From assembly GCA_947449735.1 (NCBI GenBank), contig CANFTB010000008.1, forward strand, positions 4,071 through 68,070: 64,000 nucleotides of DNA, written 5' to 3'. A model generated the notes under the pieces. The model was not told the DNA's origin, did not search any database, and worked only from the letters and a program-made list of their open reading frames with translations. Source of the stretch: Chthoniobacteraceae bacterium. Its GTDB lineage: Bacteria > Verrucomicrobiota > Verrucomicrobiia > Chthoniobacterales > Chthoniobacteraceae. Within the stretch, counting starts at the first letter, position 1; each line of letters opens with the position of its first letter. Made by a program: the position numbers and the translations under genes. This document shows positions 28,481-37,824 of this stretch, piece after piece.

Positions 28481-28623
28481 TATCAGCAGCCATCAAACCT
28501 TAGAAAGATCTATCCTCCGGAGGTCACCCTCCGTTGCGCAGGAACCGGGCGTCCCAGCGCCAGTCGCCGAAAACCTGTGCGCATCTCCAGCCAAACCGCT
28601 AAAAGCATTTGAGCCTGAAAACG

Positions 28624-28726
28624 GAAGTTCACGCGGAGGTACGGCGTCGCGAAGGCAGATAAACAATTTTTCTTCACTGGATTATAGGATTCTTCCCCGC
28701 GCCCTCCGCGGCCCCGCGTGAGATCC
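28624..28726. repeat. Intergenic inverted-repeat element, copy 3
   Basis: GAAGTTCACGCGGAGG... AT-rich core ...CCCTCCGCGGCCCCGCGTGAGATC. It shares the termini of the copies at 2787-2887 and 15998-16097. Confidence 0.75.
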
Positions 28727-28837
28727 TCTTTTCTCGGGTGCCTCGGCATTCGGGTTGAGGGCGCTTCGGATCAGCACAAAAAAGAAGGCCGGGAGCTCAT
28801 CAGCCCCCGGCCCTGCTCTTTCAATGAAAACAGAGGA

Positions 28838-31800
28838 TCACCTGGAAGGTACGTTTGATCCAGCCGCAGAGCTGAAGCCCACAACGACCTCGTCTGAAAC
28901 CACCGTGGCAAACTGGTTCAGCAACACCAGCGTGTAACGCCCGGCAGCGGAGGCGCCCGCTTTGGGAACCACAAGGTTGACCGTCGAAGACGACGCCAGC
29001 GACCAGCGACCAGCCACGCCATCTTTTCTCCACTGATAGTACAAGGGCTTCGCGCCTGAAACCGTGGCGCTCAGCGTCATCGTATCGCCGATCTTCAACC
29101 CCACGGGAGCCAGAGGCTGCTGAACAATGACGGGAGGCGATTGCACCACCACTGCCACCGGGCGGGTCACCACACCCCCGAAGGCATTCCGGGCCTCAAG
29201 CCAGTACAGGCCGGCATCCGTTGCGGAAGCGCCAACGATACTCAGCACTGCCGTGTCGGCACCCGACACTTGGCTTCCCCCGGAACTCGTACCATCGGCA
29301 ACCGTGATGGAGTCCTTCTTCCAAACCACCTTGTCGGCACCACTGACCGCCGCGGCGAGCTTGATCGTCCCGCCAAGCTCCACCTTCACCGAAGCTGGCG
29401 AACTGGTCACCACGGGCGGCTGACCGATACTGGCCACGTACACCCAAACCCGATCCTGCCCCGCAGAGAGGCTGGCATCCTTGGTGTAGGCAAACTCCAC
29501 CTTGTGGGGCCCCGCGCCAGCGAGACGCACAACCTGCTTCACCCAGCCCGTTTCTCCACTCAAAACAAGGACTCGCCCCGTATCTGCATCCCTGACTCCC
29601 GCACCGTTGACCAGGCACTGAACGAAGTCGCCCTTGGTTGAAGCGTGGTTCATCGGCTCAGTGGAGGCCTTCCAGTAAAAGGTCAAGTAACTCCAGGGCG
29701 CCGGCGTCTTTGCCGGGTTTGTGTAACTGAACTCAACCACGGTCTTGCCGCCGTTGAGAATCACGGCGCTCTGGGCAACCGTCCCCTTGGTGCCGTCTGC
29801 CTTCGCGGCGCTCACCCCAACCCAGGGCGAAGCCTGGGTCGACGTCACCGCTCCGCCTAGAAACGCCTCGGTCAAGGGAAGTCCTGCGGGCGAGATCTGA
29901 ATCTGGAAATCCGCGCGCACGGTCCCAGAGGAATTCGTCGCAGCAAGCGACAACAGGCCCGGTCCGTCGGCCTCACCCGGCAGGCCCGAACCGGTTTCCT
30001 TGAGTGGCGTTCCGTTCAGCACCAGCGTTGCTGGATCAAACGACAGGCCCGCCGGCAGCACGCTTTTTTCCACCACGACACGGCTGCCTTCGCTCACACC
30101 CACGGTGTAGCTCAACGGCATTCCGGCGCTGCCCGTCACTGTCGTCGGGCTCGTGAACGACGGCAGCGAGATCGCTCCGGCAAGAGAGCCCGAAAGGACG
30201 TATTTCCCGATAGAACCATACGCGGAATAGCCCGTCGTATATCCTCCGGCCGGGACCGGTCCGGTTCCGGCACCTGTCACCAACAGCTTGTAGGCGCCCG
30301 CGGGAAGGGTGCGAGAGATGGAGGCGTTTGTGGCCGCCACGAGATCCCCCACCGCAAGCGTGGCGGCCTTGTCGTCTTGGAGCTCCAATTTGACATCCAC
30401 ATCGCTGTCCGCCGCTGCCGGCGCCGCACTGGCGCTGAACGCCCCCCCCGATGTCGTAAAACTAAAGATGTCTACACTGGCCGCGCCGCGCAGCAACCCC
30501 TCCGTGTTGAAGGCAGCGCCAGTCATTGGCAACACCCTTGGGCCGTTCGCCAGTTCGCTCGCAAATCCAAACTGGTTTGCCGCCTTGGTGATGATGGCAA
30601 TGTCATCCTCCAGATTGTTCGCCTTGGCGTATTCTCCCTTGCTCCATTGAACAAGCGCCTTGCCATAGCCCGACCCCATGATCGGCGCCCAACTGGTCGG
30701 AGTGCTCAATCCGCCGCCGTGCCCACTGTAGTACTGCGAGCCGCCGGTCTGTCCGTCGTGGCTCAGCCCCACGGTGTGCCCGACCTCGTGGGAGAGCGCT
30801 TCCGCGACCGTTTTCACCGACTGGTTGAACACCCAGCACACCACCCCGGAAACAAACCCCTTGCCGGCCCCGCTCCAGCTGTTCACATAGGCCACGCCGC
30901 CCGAACCGGGAGCGGCCGTGTCCGTGGGCGTCACCACCACATGCATCCTCAGACCGGCAGGCGTCGCATCGTAAAGAGCGGCGTCGGTGGTCAGGGTGAC
31001 GTTGAAAGGCGTCCAGTCCTGCGCAGCGATGTTGAGCACCTGGACAATCTGGTCGTTCGTCAGAGAGGAAGGCGCCGCAGTAATCGTCCGTCCGCCGTTC
31101 CACACGTTCTGGGTCACGGTCTCGCCGTCAAAATCGACAAAAATCACCCCCTTGGCTCCAGGGCGGGTGTTGATGACGGGCACGGTTTGGACCTGGGCTC
31201 CCGCAGGACGCGCGGGCACATCAGCAGCCGCCATCTCTGTCACCCCCCGGGAGGTCGGATAGCAGACCAGCGTGCTCATGCGCCGCTCCACGAGCACCAC
31301 GTCCTGGCCGTCCATCTGGATCTGGTAGCCGACGCCGGCGTCTGGAAGCAGGATCATCCCGGACACTTCGTTAAAGTTTGTGTTCAGGCTGAACGTTCCC
31401 TGACCCTCCGAAAGAAATCCGCCGAGCCTCAACCACGCGCCATCCTCCTGCACCAAGCTGATGGTTCCCTCAATGGGGTCCCCGGATGCGGAAGGAAGCG
31501 AGACAACGTCTCCCGCTTTCAAAGCACCCCATTTGCGGGCGCTTGCTGAATCCAGCTTTAGAACGCGTCCCTTGTCTGAGTCAGGATTCATCTCCGCGGC
31601 GATCATCGGTGCGCCTGCAGGGGCTCCCTTGACGCCCAGAAGAGCCTTGGCTTTCGGAGAACCCATTCCCGCCGTCGCTGTCTTGCCTCCGGGCGAGGCG
31701 GCGGTGTTAGCGGTGGCGGCCGGGCGGGTACTACGGGCACTGGACCCCTGGGAACCATTCTCCGGAGCGCCCCCGGAGTCTGGCTGGCCGGCGTCGGGAC

Positions 31801-31927
31801 CCGCGGCAAGCTGGGGAGGCGCGCCTAGTTTGCTTGAAACAAGATATCCGATGCTTCCAAAGAGGACCGCCACGGCTGCACCCGAGATCCACTTTGTGAA
31901 CTGCGTAGGTTTGTTCTGGGTTTTCAT
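28838..31927 (-). CDS. Large membrane-anchored/secreted zinc metalloprotease (HExxHxxGxxH, reprolysin/M12B-like) with PPC-like, Ig-like and two C-terminal I-set-type Ig domains
   Basis: N-terminal TM segment (ISGAAVAVLFGSIGYLV) and zinc site HEVGHTVGLSHDG. C-terminal repeats resemble Ig I-set domains (...GGTIKLAAAVSGADKVVWKKD...DAGLYWLEARNAFG; ...GDTMTLSATVSGAKPLYYQWRKDG...AGRYTLVLLNQFA). I prefer the MKTQNKP start at 31927. Confidence 0.75.
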   Translation of the reverse strand: MKTQNKPTQFTKWISGAAVAVLFGSIGYLVSSKLGAPPQLAAGPDAGQPDSGGAPENGSQGSSARSTRPAATANTAASPGGKTATAGMGSPKAKALLGVKGAPAGAPMIAAEMNPDSDKGRVLKLDSASARKWGALKAGDVVSLPSASGDPIEGTISLVQEDGAWLRLGGFLSEGQGTFSLNTNFNEVSGMILLPDAGVGYQIQMDGQDVVLVERRMSTLVCYPTSRGVTEMAAADVPARPAGAQVQTVPVINTRPGAKGVIFVDFDGETVTQNVWNGGRTITAAPSSLTNDQIVQVLNIAAQDWTPFNVTLTTDAALYDATPAGLRMHVVVTPTDTAAPGSGGVAYVNSWSGAGKGFVSGVVCWVFNQSVKTVAEALSHEVGHTVGLSHDGQTGGSQYYSGHGGGLSTPTSWAPIMGSGYGKALVQWSKGEYAKANNLEDDIAIITKAANQFGFASELANGPRVLPMTGAAFNTEGLLRGAASVDIFSFTTSGGAFSASAAPAAADSDVDVKLELQDDKAATLAVGDLVAATNASISRTLPAGAYKLLVTGAGTGPVPAGGYTTGYSAYGSIGKYVLSGSLAGAISLPSFTSPTTVTGSAGMPLSYTVGVSEGSRVVVEKSVLPAGLSFDPATLVLNGTPLKETGSGLPGEADGPGLLSLAATNSSGTVRADFQIQISPAGLPLTEAFLGGAVTSTQASPWVGVSAAKADGTKGTVAQSAVILNGGKTVVEFSYTNPAKTPAPWSYLTFYWKASTEPMNHASTKGDFVQCLVNGAGVRDADTGRVLVLSGETGWVKQVVRLAGAGPHKVEFAYTKDASLSAGQDRVWVYVASIGQPPVVTSSPASVKVELGGTIKLAAAVSGADKVVWKKDSITVADGTSSGGSQVSGADTAVLSIVGASATDAGLYWLEARNAFGGVVTRPVAVVVQSPPVIVQQPLAPVGLKIGDTMTLSATVSGAKPLYYQWRKDGVAGRWSLASSSTVNLVVPKAGASAAGRYTLVLLNQFATVVSDEVVVGFSSAAGSNVPSR

Positions 31928-32163
31928 GGGATTTTTACTTTGAGCACTGCGACCGCTTTTCCAGTGACCTAACAAGCATCGGCTGTGCCAGATACCGTAA
32001 AGGGGGAGTTAAGCCCGTGTAAAGATCTCAAAGTCAGCGCCCAAAGCCCGCCAGGAAGAACCTCCTCAAACCCCCATAAACTCTTCCAAACCCCCTCTCC
32101 ATGAACCCACTGCTTCAAACGCCGGCGGGCGTGGCGCGGAGCGCGCACGGCCTGGCCGAAAAA

Positions 32164-32254
32164 TGGCGGATGGGGAGGGATTCGAACCCTCGGTACCCTT
32201 TTGGAGTACACACGCTTTCCAGGCGAGCCCGTTCGACCACTCCGGCACCCATCC
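32164..32254 (-). tRNA. tRNA-Ser (anticodon GGA), type II with long variable arm, CCA encoded
   Basis: The reverse complement reads GGATGGGTGCCGGAGTGGTCGAACGGGCTCGCCTGGAAAGCGTGTGTACTCCAAAAGGGTACCGAGGGTTCGAATCCCTCCCCATCCGCCA. The 7-bp acceptor stem GGATGGG pairs with CCCATCC, the T arm is GAGGG-TTCGAAT-CCCTC, and the anticodon loop is CTGGAAA. There is one U-U mismatch in the anticodon stem. Confidence 0.9.
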
Positions 32255-32527
32255 GTTCCTAAAAATAGGGGCGCATAATTGGAGACCTTTCGCAGTTGTG
32301 CAAGACATAACCGAGTCTCCGGGTGCTTTCGTCCCCGAAAGCCGTCCAAAAACCGCCGCTCAAAAGAGTCCAGGAGCGCGGCAATCAGGGCCGAAACAGA
32401 TCCTGTAAGGGCCGCTCCCCGCAGACCCCGCCGCTCCATTTCCTCAAATCTCACCGCCAAGCATGTAGTCACAACGAAACAGTACGCAGAGCCGGAAAGG
32501 ACACAACCGAGAGCCATCCCCAGAGGC

Positions 32528-33439
32528 CTAATGCGATGTTGCGCCTGCAGCCGTTAGGCGGACCCTGATGCGCTCCACGGCCTTGACTCTCGCATCCACC
32601 TCCAAAGGCGCCCCCGTCAAAAGCTCCCCCTCCAGCCACTCTCTTGTTTCCACAGTGCCCACCTCTCCCAAAGCCCGAAGCGCCGAGAGCCGCTCCCCGG
32701 CCGTCACACCCACCTGCGAAACCCTCCTCAGTTCAGGCTCGGCCTCATGCAGCCGATACCGCTCAACCACCTCACAGGCAGCCTCCCTCAAGGCACCGCT
32801 CACACCCTCAGCCCCCACGCAGGCCAGAGCCGTCGCACATAGCCAGGTTTTTTCGGCAGGCGCAAATCGACTCCGGGCGAGGGCCAGAAGTGCCACCCCC
32901 GCGATCGCCCCAGATTTCTCCTCCTCCACGGCAAGACGAAACCCCTCCCGGACCCTTTCCCCAGCAGGCCGGGCCTCCGCCCACTGTCCCAAGTGCTGCA
33001 TAGCCTGCTCCCTAAGCGCCGCCGGAAGCCTCCTATCCCCCGCCAAATCCACAAACCCGTTCTCCACTTCTACAGACGCGTGGCCCGCCCCGCGCAGCCA
33101 GTTCAACGCCTCGTCCGCACTCAAAAGCCACTCCAGATTGTTTTCGGAGGTCCTCCCCCAAAGCTGCCTCAAAAATGCCCACACCGGCGCCCGATCCTCG
33201 GCGCTTGAGCCGCCCGGATCCACCCTCAAAATCTCAGCGATCGACTCCGGCGCCCCTTCCCCAGCCACCCGCACGGCCGGCGCTTGGGGTTGAACAGAAA
33301 CAGCCGCCTGTCCGGACGCCGTTGGATACCTTCCAAGCCCCGTCCGTTCCACCCAAATTCCCACCACGACGCCAGCCAACAGAGATGGCAGCAACGCAGC
33401 GCCAAACCCTTTTCCACCCCTTCCCACCTGGATATCCAT
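32528..33439 (-). CDS. Hypothetical membrane-anchored protein with HEAT-like helical repeats
   Basis: N-terminal TM segment (GFGAALLPSLLAGVVVGIWV) followed by Ala/Leu-rich helical repeats (LSALRALGEVGT...). I recognise no family. The start is taken at MDIQVG (33439). Confidence 0.5.
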   Translation of the reverse strand: MDIQVGRGGKGFGAALLPSLLAGVVVGIWVERTGLGRYPTASGQAAVSVQPQAPAVRVAGEGAPESIAEILRVDPGGSSAEDRAPVWAFLRQLWGRTSENNLEWLLSADEALNWLRGAGHASVEVENGFVDLAGDRRLPAALREQAMQHLGQWAEARPAGERVREGFRLAVEEEKSGAIAGVALLALARSRFAPAEKTWLCATALACVGAEGVSGALREAACEVVERYRLHEAEPELRRVSQVGVTAGERLSALRALGEVGTVETREWLEGELLTGAPLEVDARVKAVERIRVRLTAAGATSH

Positions 33440-33646
33440 AAACTTTTCCCTTCCCACCCCCAAGACCGCCCCCCATTCCAACGCTTAAAAACAGCCCCCA
33501 CGCCGGGGATCATCGAGTCCCTACATTGGTAAATCGCGGGCCGGAGGACCCAAACGGCGAATAAAAGTCCCCCCACGATTTCCACCCCGCCCCATCCCTA
33601 ACCGACCAAATTCACGGGAAGGCCCACGCTCCCCCACCCAAACGAC

Positions 33647-34594
33647 TCAGGGCAGGTTCACCTGAAGCAAGGACGCCCCGCCCCCTTGCGAAACCAGCTC
33701 CCAATCGGCCCCCTCCGCCGGAAGCAGAAACACCTCCCCAAGCCCAAAACTAGCCCCGCCAGCAGCCACCCTCCCAGAGAGCACCAAATAAAACGCCCCT
33801 CCCGCCCCGGAGGGACGGCATGCCCCCTCAAACTCCACCCAGCTCACCCGAAAAAACGGGCATTCAAAAGCACGCCCCGGGCCGAAGACATCCAACTCCG
33901 GCTCGACATCCTCAAACCAAAGGCACTTCAAGGACTCCTCAAGATGCAGTTCCCTGGGGCACCCCTGCGGATCACGCCGGTCCCAGTCGTAGACCCTGTA
34001 AGTGGTGTCGCTGTTCTGCTGCACCTCGGCAATCAAACAGCCGGCGCCGATGGCATGGCAGCGACCGCCGGGCACGTAGAGGGAATCTCCTTTTTTAACA
34101 GGGATCCGGTGCAACAAAGCCTCGACACCCCCCTGCGCCACGGCCCTTTCAAAACCCGCCCGCGTCACCCCGGGTTTGAACCCGGCGTAAACCGCGGCAT
34201 CCGGCTCGGCGTCGAGGATGTACCACCACTCGTTTTTGGGCTCGAGCGGGACCGGGCCGCTCCCGGCGTCCCGGGGATGCACCTGAACGGAAAGAGGCTC
34301 CCGCGCATCCAAAATTTTGAAAAGCAACGGGAAGCGTGCCGCCTTGCAGGCACCGGCGCCCCCCCCGAAAACAGCCTCCCGGTGCTCGCTCCAGAGCGTA
34401 TTCAGCGCTATGTTTTCGAAACGCCCGCCACGTACCGTGCTCTGAAATTCGGCCCGGTCCACCAGTTCCCAGGATTCTCCGAAAACGCCCTTATCAGGCA
34501 GGCTACGTCCGAGCCGGTGCTGCAGAGCGCGTCCCCCCCAAATTCGCTCCTGATAAAACGGATCAAATGCCAGCGCTTCTTTAAAATTCATCAT
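33647..34594 (-). CDS. manA: Mannose-6-phosphate isomerase, type I (short bacterial class)
   Basis: Motifs YQERIWGG, LSVQVHP, YVPGGRCHAIGAG and TYRVYDWDR. 315 aa. Confidence 0.85.
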   Translation of the reverse strand: MMNFKEALAFDPFYQERIWGGRALQHRLGRSLPDKGVFGESWELVDRAEFQSTVRGGRFENIALNTLWSEHREAVFGGGAGACKAARFPLLFKILDAREPLSVQVHPRDAGSGPVPLEPKNEWWYILDAEPDAAVYAGFKPGVTRAGFERAVAQGGVEALLHRIPVKKGDSLYVPGGRCHAIGAGCLIAEVQQNSDTTYRVYDWDRRDPQGCPRELHLEESLKCLWFEDVEPELDVFGPGRAFECPFFRVSWVEFEGACRPSGAGGAFYLVLSGRVAAGGASFGLGEVFLLPAEGADWELVSQGGGASLLQVNLP

Positions 34595-34787
34595 TTCCAG
34601 TCGGATTTATGCGCCTCTTTTATCCCCCTCGCGGAGAGCCGGGCAACTTTTTCAACGAACCGCCCCCGTTTCGTTCTCGAATCCCACCCGTTCCAGAGGG
34701 CAGATTCAGAGAAAGTCTCCGTTTCCCGGAAACCCTCCCCTACAAGTTTACCTGCTCCAAACGCACACACTCCCGTTCCGATTCCCT

Positions 34788-35819
34788 ATGAAAGCACTCG
34801 TCCTCACCGAATACTGCAAACTGGAACTGCAAGACGTCCCAAAACCCGTACCCGGACCGCAAGAGGTTCTCATCCAGGTCAAGGCCTGCGGAGTCTGCGG
34901 GAGCGACGTCCACGGCTACGACGGCAGCACCGGACGGCGCATTCCGCCGCTCGTGATGGGCCACGAGGCGGCAGGTGTCATCGCAGAGTTGGGAAGCGGC
35001 GTGACCAACTTCCAAGTCGGCCAGCGGGTCACCTTTGATTCCACCGTCTCCTGCGGCAACTGCCACTTCTGCCAGCGCGGACAAATCAACCTTTGCGATG
35101 CGCGGCAGGTGCTGGGCGTTTCCTGCGGCGACTACCGCCGTGCGGGGGCCTTCGCCGAGTACGTCACCGTCCCAGCCAGGATCCTCTACCCCCTGCCGGA
35201 CGCACTGTCCTTTGAAAAAGCGGCGATGATCGAAGCGATTTCAGTGGCGGTCCATGCGGTGGAACTCACGCCGGTTTCCCTCAACGACACAGCAGTGGTG
35301 GTGGGTGTTGGTATGATCGGCCTGCTGACCCTCCAGGCCGCAAAACTGGCAGGCTGCCGGCGAATCATCGCTGTGGACGTGGACGAGGGCCGCTTGCGCA
35401 CGGCTCAGGGACTGGGCGCCACCGAGATCATCAACGCCAAAACCAGCAACGTTCCGGCAGTGGTGCGCTCCCTCACCGGAGGCCGGGGTGCGGACGTCGC
35501 CTTTGAATGCGTAGGCGCCACCCCGACCGTGGAGTCAGCCATCGAAAGCACGCGCAAAGGCGGCACGGTGACCCTTGTGGGCAACATCTCGCCGCGTATC
35601 GACCTGCCCTTGCAATCCGTGGTGACGCGCCAGATCCGTCTTCAGGGATCCTGCGCCTCCAGCGGCGAAATTCCGGCCTGCATCGACCTGCTGGCGGCGG
35701 GGCTGATCAAAGTCGAACCCATGTTGAGCGCCTTCGCCCCCATCGACGAGGGCGCCCAGTGGTTCGAAAGACTGCACAACCACGAGGCAGGCCTGATGAA
35801 GGTGGTCCTGCACCCCTGA
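34788..35819 (+). CDS. Zn-dependent medium-chain alcohol/polyol dehydrogenase (sorbitol/threonine/galactitol-1-P DH-like)
   Basis: CGVCGSDVHGY, GHEAAGVI, the structural Zn cluster C..C..C (SCGNCHFCQRGQINLC), and the Rossmann motif VVGVGMIGL. Confidence 0.85.
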   Translation: MKALVLTEYCKLELQDVPKPVPGPQEVLIQVKACGVCGSDVHGYDGSTGRRIPPLVMGHEAAGVIAELGSGVTNFQVGQRVTFDSTVSCGNCHFCQRGQINLCDARQVLGVSCGDYRRAGAFAEYVTVPARILYPLPDALSFEKAAMIEAISVAVHAVELTPVSLNDTAVVVGVGMIGLLTLQAAKLAGCRRIIAVDVDEGRLRTAQGLGATEIINAKTSNVPAVVRSLTGGRGADVAFECVGATPTVESAIESTRKGGTVTLVGNISPRIDLPLQSVVTRQIRLQGSCASSGEIPACIDLLAAGLIKVEPMLSAFAPIDEGAQWFERLHNHEAGLMKVVLHP

Positions 35820-35876
35820 GCCCCTCCTTACCACCCTTTCCCCCTTTTTCATGCACACCCCGCGCCCTTTCGGGCC

Positions 35877-36410
35877 TCACGGGTCCTGCGGAGTCAGGAG
35901 GGGGCCGGGGGTGATTTTTAACCAAGCTTGCTGCATCATGGCCTCCCACTCCCTGCGCTGGGACTGTAGGAGAGGCTCCGGGTCCGTCCCGACTCCGGCC
36001 GCCTTTTCGCAGGCCCTGACAAAAGCAACCGGGTCGAAACCGGACTCCCAACCGGCACCCTGGATCCGTCCGGCCCGCCGAATCCAGTACAGGGCGTTGC
36101 CAAAATCCCCCTCCCTTCGGTGAAGCATTCCATGCCAGTAGGAACCTTCCGGGGACCCGTCCTCCTGAAAAAAGCAGTGCGCCGAATCCAGATCGTCGAG
36201 GGCGTAGAACAGCCCCCCCTTCCACAGATCAAGAGCGGCGGCCTTCCCTCCTGAAAAACGGGGTTCCTGCCCGAAAACCTTGAGAAGGACACTCCGGACA
36301 ACATTGGAGGCATCGCGTCCGCCTGCAATCCCGGTTCCCGCCCGCAGACGAGGAAGGACTGACAAGCCCTCCAGTAAGACGCCCAAAGAGTGCGATTCCA
36401 CGCCGCTCAA
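35877..36410 (-). CDS. Conserved hypothetical protein (177 aa)
   Basis: Contains SYWHGMLHRREGDFGNALYWIRRAG, a motif I recall from uncharacterised PVC/cyanobacterial proteins. It starts 3 nt after the stop of the upstream W-rich-domain gene. Confidence 0.55.
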   Translation of the reverse strand: MSGVESHSLGVLLEGLSVLPRLRAGTGIAGGRDASNVVRSVLLKVFGQEPRFSGGKAAALDLWKGGLFYALDDLDSAHCFFQEDGSPEGSYWHGMLHRREGDFGNALYWIRRAGRIQGAGWESGFDPVAFVRACEKAAGVGTDPEPLLQSQRREWEAMMQQAWLKITPGPLLTPQDP

Positions 36411-36413
36411 GCT

Positions 36414-37622
36414 CTAGCGAATGACGGGAAAATCACGCTCTTGGTTGAAAGGCTGGGCGGGATGCGTCCGCGGATACATGCCGGCCACCTCGCGACTCAC
36501 CTTGGCGCGCAATTCCGAAAGCATCCGGGGATTCACCCCCTCCCAGCCGGTGTAGACTAGAATCTCGGGCATCACATCGGGCTTTTCCCCGGAAGGAAGC
36601 TCGGCATTGGAAGCATCCTTTTCTTTCCCCTCCGGTGGCCCCTCGGACCAGACCACTTTCTTAACTTTCTCGTCCTCCTCACCGATAAAACCCAAGGCGT
36701 CCGCCTTCCGGGGGTCGCTCAGGTAACCCCAGTCCGGAGCCACAAGCGTCAGCTTGGTTTCGTTCAGGATGCTTCGGAAATTGGCGGGGGTATCCACCGA
36801 CTCGTTTAAGAGTTCGCGGAATTTGACGAGGCTGCGCTCCTTGATGACCTGGATCACGGGCAACTTGCCCTTCACCCGGGCCGCCACCCAGTTGTAGGCG
36901 GGTCCGCCCGCAAAAATCGCCTTCCCGTTGGCGGCAACGTTCGTGGTGTTGACGGTGCGCAGGAAGCATTCGTCGTTTTTGGACGGACCCAAAATCACCT
37001 CGTTCAAGGAGACGTCGTCAAAATCAGCGATCGCGCAGAAGGAATAGTTTTCGGGACCGATGTTAAATTCGCGGTCGACCCAGGGGCCGAAGCCCACGGC
37101 GGGTTCCCAGGGCGTTTTTGGGGGGAGCGGCGCCCATCCTATGGCCTCGGAACCGTACCGCCACGCGACCCAGGAGGCGCCCCATTCGAGATCGGGCAGC
37201 CAGCACCAGCCCTCCTCCACGCTGCGCACCCACCTGCCGTAATGGTACACGATGCCGCCGAAGTTTTCGTTGCTCAACCAAGTCCAGCCGTGCCTTGAAT
37301 AAGCCCAGGAGCCCACGGTGTAGGGAGCCCACCGGGCGCCCACTCCCGACGGCTTCCAGCATTTCCCATACTCTCCCAGGGTGATCCATTCCCCGTAAGG
37401 TTTGAGGGCCTCCCTGAAAAAGCGGGAGGCCATTTCCTCGGGAGCCACAGGCATCAGGGGCTTGATCGGGGACGGAAGAGAAGACTCGGAGTCCACCATG
37501 TCCGAAGCGGTGGGCTTCTTGGGAGCCACCTTTTTACCTTTCGAGGAGGACTTCTGAGGCATAGCCGCAAAGGCAGGAATGCTCAGAAAAGCCAGAATCA
37601 GGGCAGAAAAGCGGGATCTCAT
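36414..37622 (-). CDS. Secreted Trp-rich-domain protein, paralog of 4265-6433
   Basis: Signal peptide MRSRFSALILAFLSIPAFA. W-rich block WAPYTVGSWAYSRHGWTWLSNENFGGIVYHYGRWVRSVEEGWCWLPDLEWGASWVAWRYGSEAIGWAPLPP is collinear with the 4265-6433 product. Confidence 0.7.
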   Translation of the reverse strand: MRSRFSALILAFLSIPAFAAMPQKSSSKGKKVAPKKPTASDMVDSESSLPSPIKPLMPVAPEEMASRFFREALKPYGEWITLGEYGKCWKPSGVGARWAPYTVGSWAYSRHGWTWLSNENFGGIVYHYGRWVRSVEEGWCWLPDLEWGASWVAWRYGSEAIGWAPLPPKTPWEPAVGFGPWVDREFNIGPENYSFCAIADFDDVSLNEVILGPSKNDECFLRTVNTTNVAANGKAIFAGGPAYNWVAARVKGKLPVIQVIKERSLVKFRELLNESVDTPANFRSILNETKLTLVAPDWGYLSDPRKADALGFIGEEDEKVKKVVWSEGPPEGKEKDASNAELPSGEKPDVMPEILVYTGWEGVNPRMLSELRAKVSREVAGMYPRTHPAQPFNQERDFPVIR

Positions 37623-37824
37623 GATCGGGATGGAAAGGGCGTTACTTCAACGGAACTTCACCAAAAAACCTGTCTTCAGGGGCAAATCGACAAACTTTAA
37701 GGAGGATCCATTGTGCCAAGCAGATTCCGCGCTAGCAAAACTTTCTTCTTTCACCCGACGGCACCCCTCTTGCCTAAAAAGCAAACAGCACACTGCTTCA
37801 TGAAGTGTCGAATCGAGCGCGCGT

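Noticed and set aside
31976-32527. tRNA-Ser as an integration hotspot, i.e. a genomic island next to it containing the metalloprotease
   Set aside because: I found no direct repeat of the tRNA 3' end, no integrase and no clear compositional boundary in the flanking sequence.
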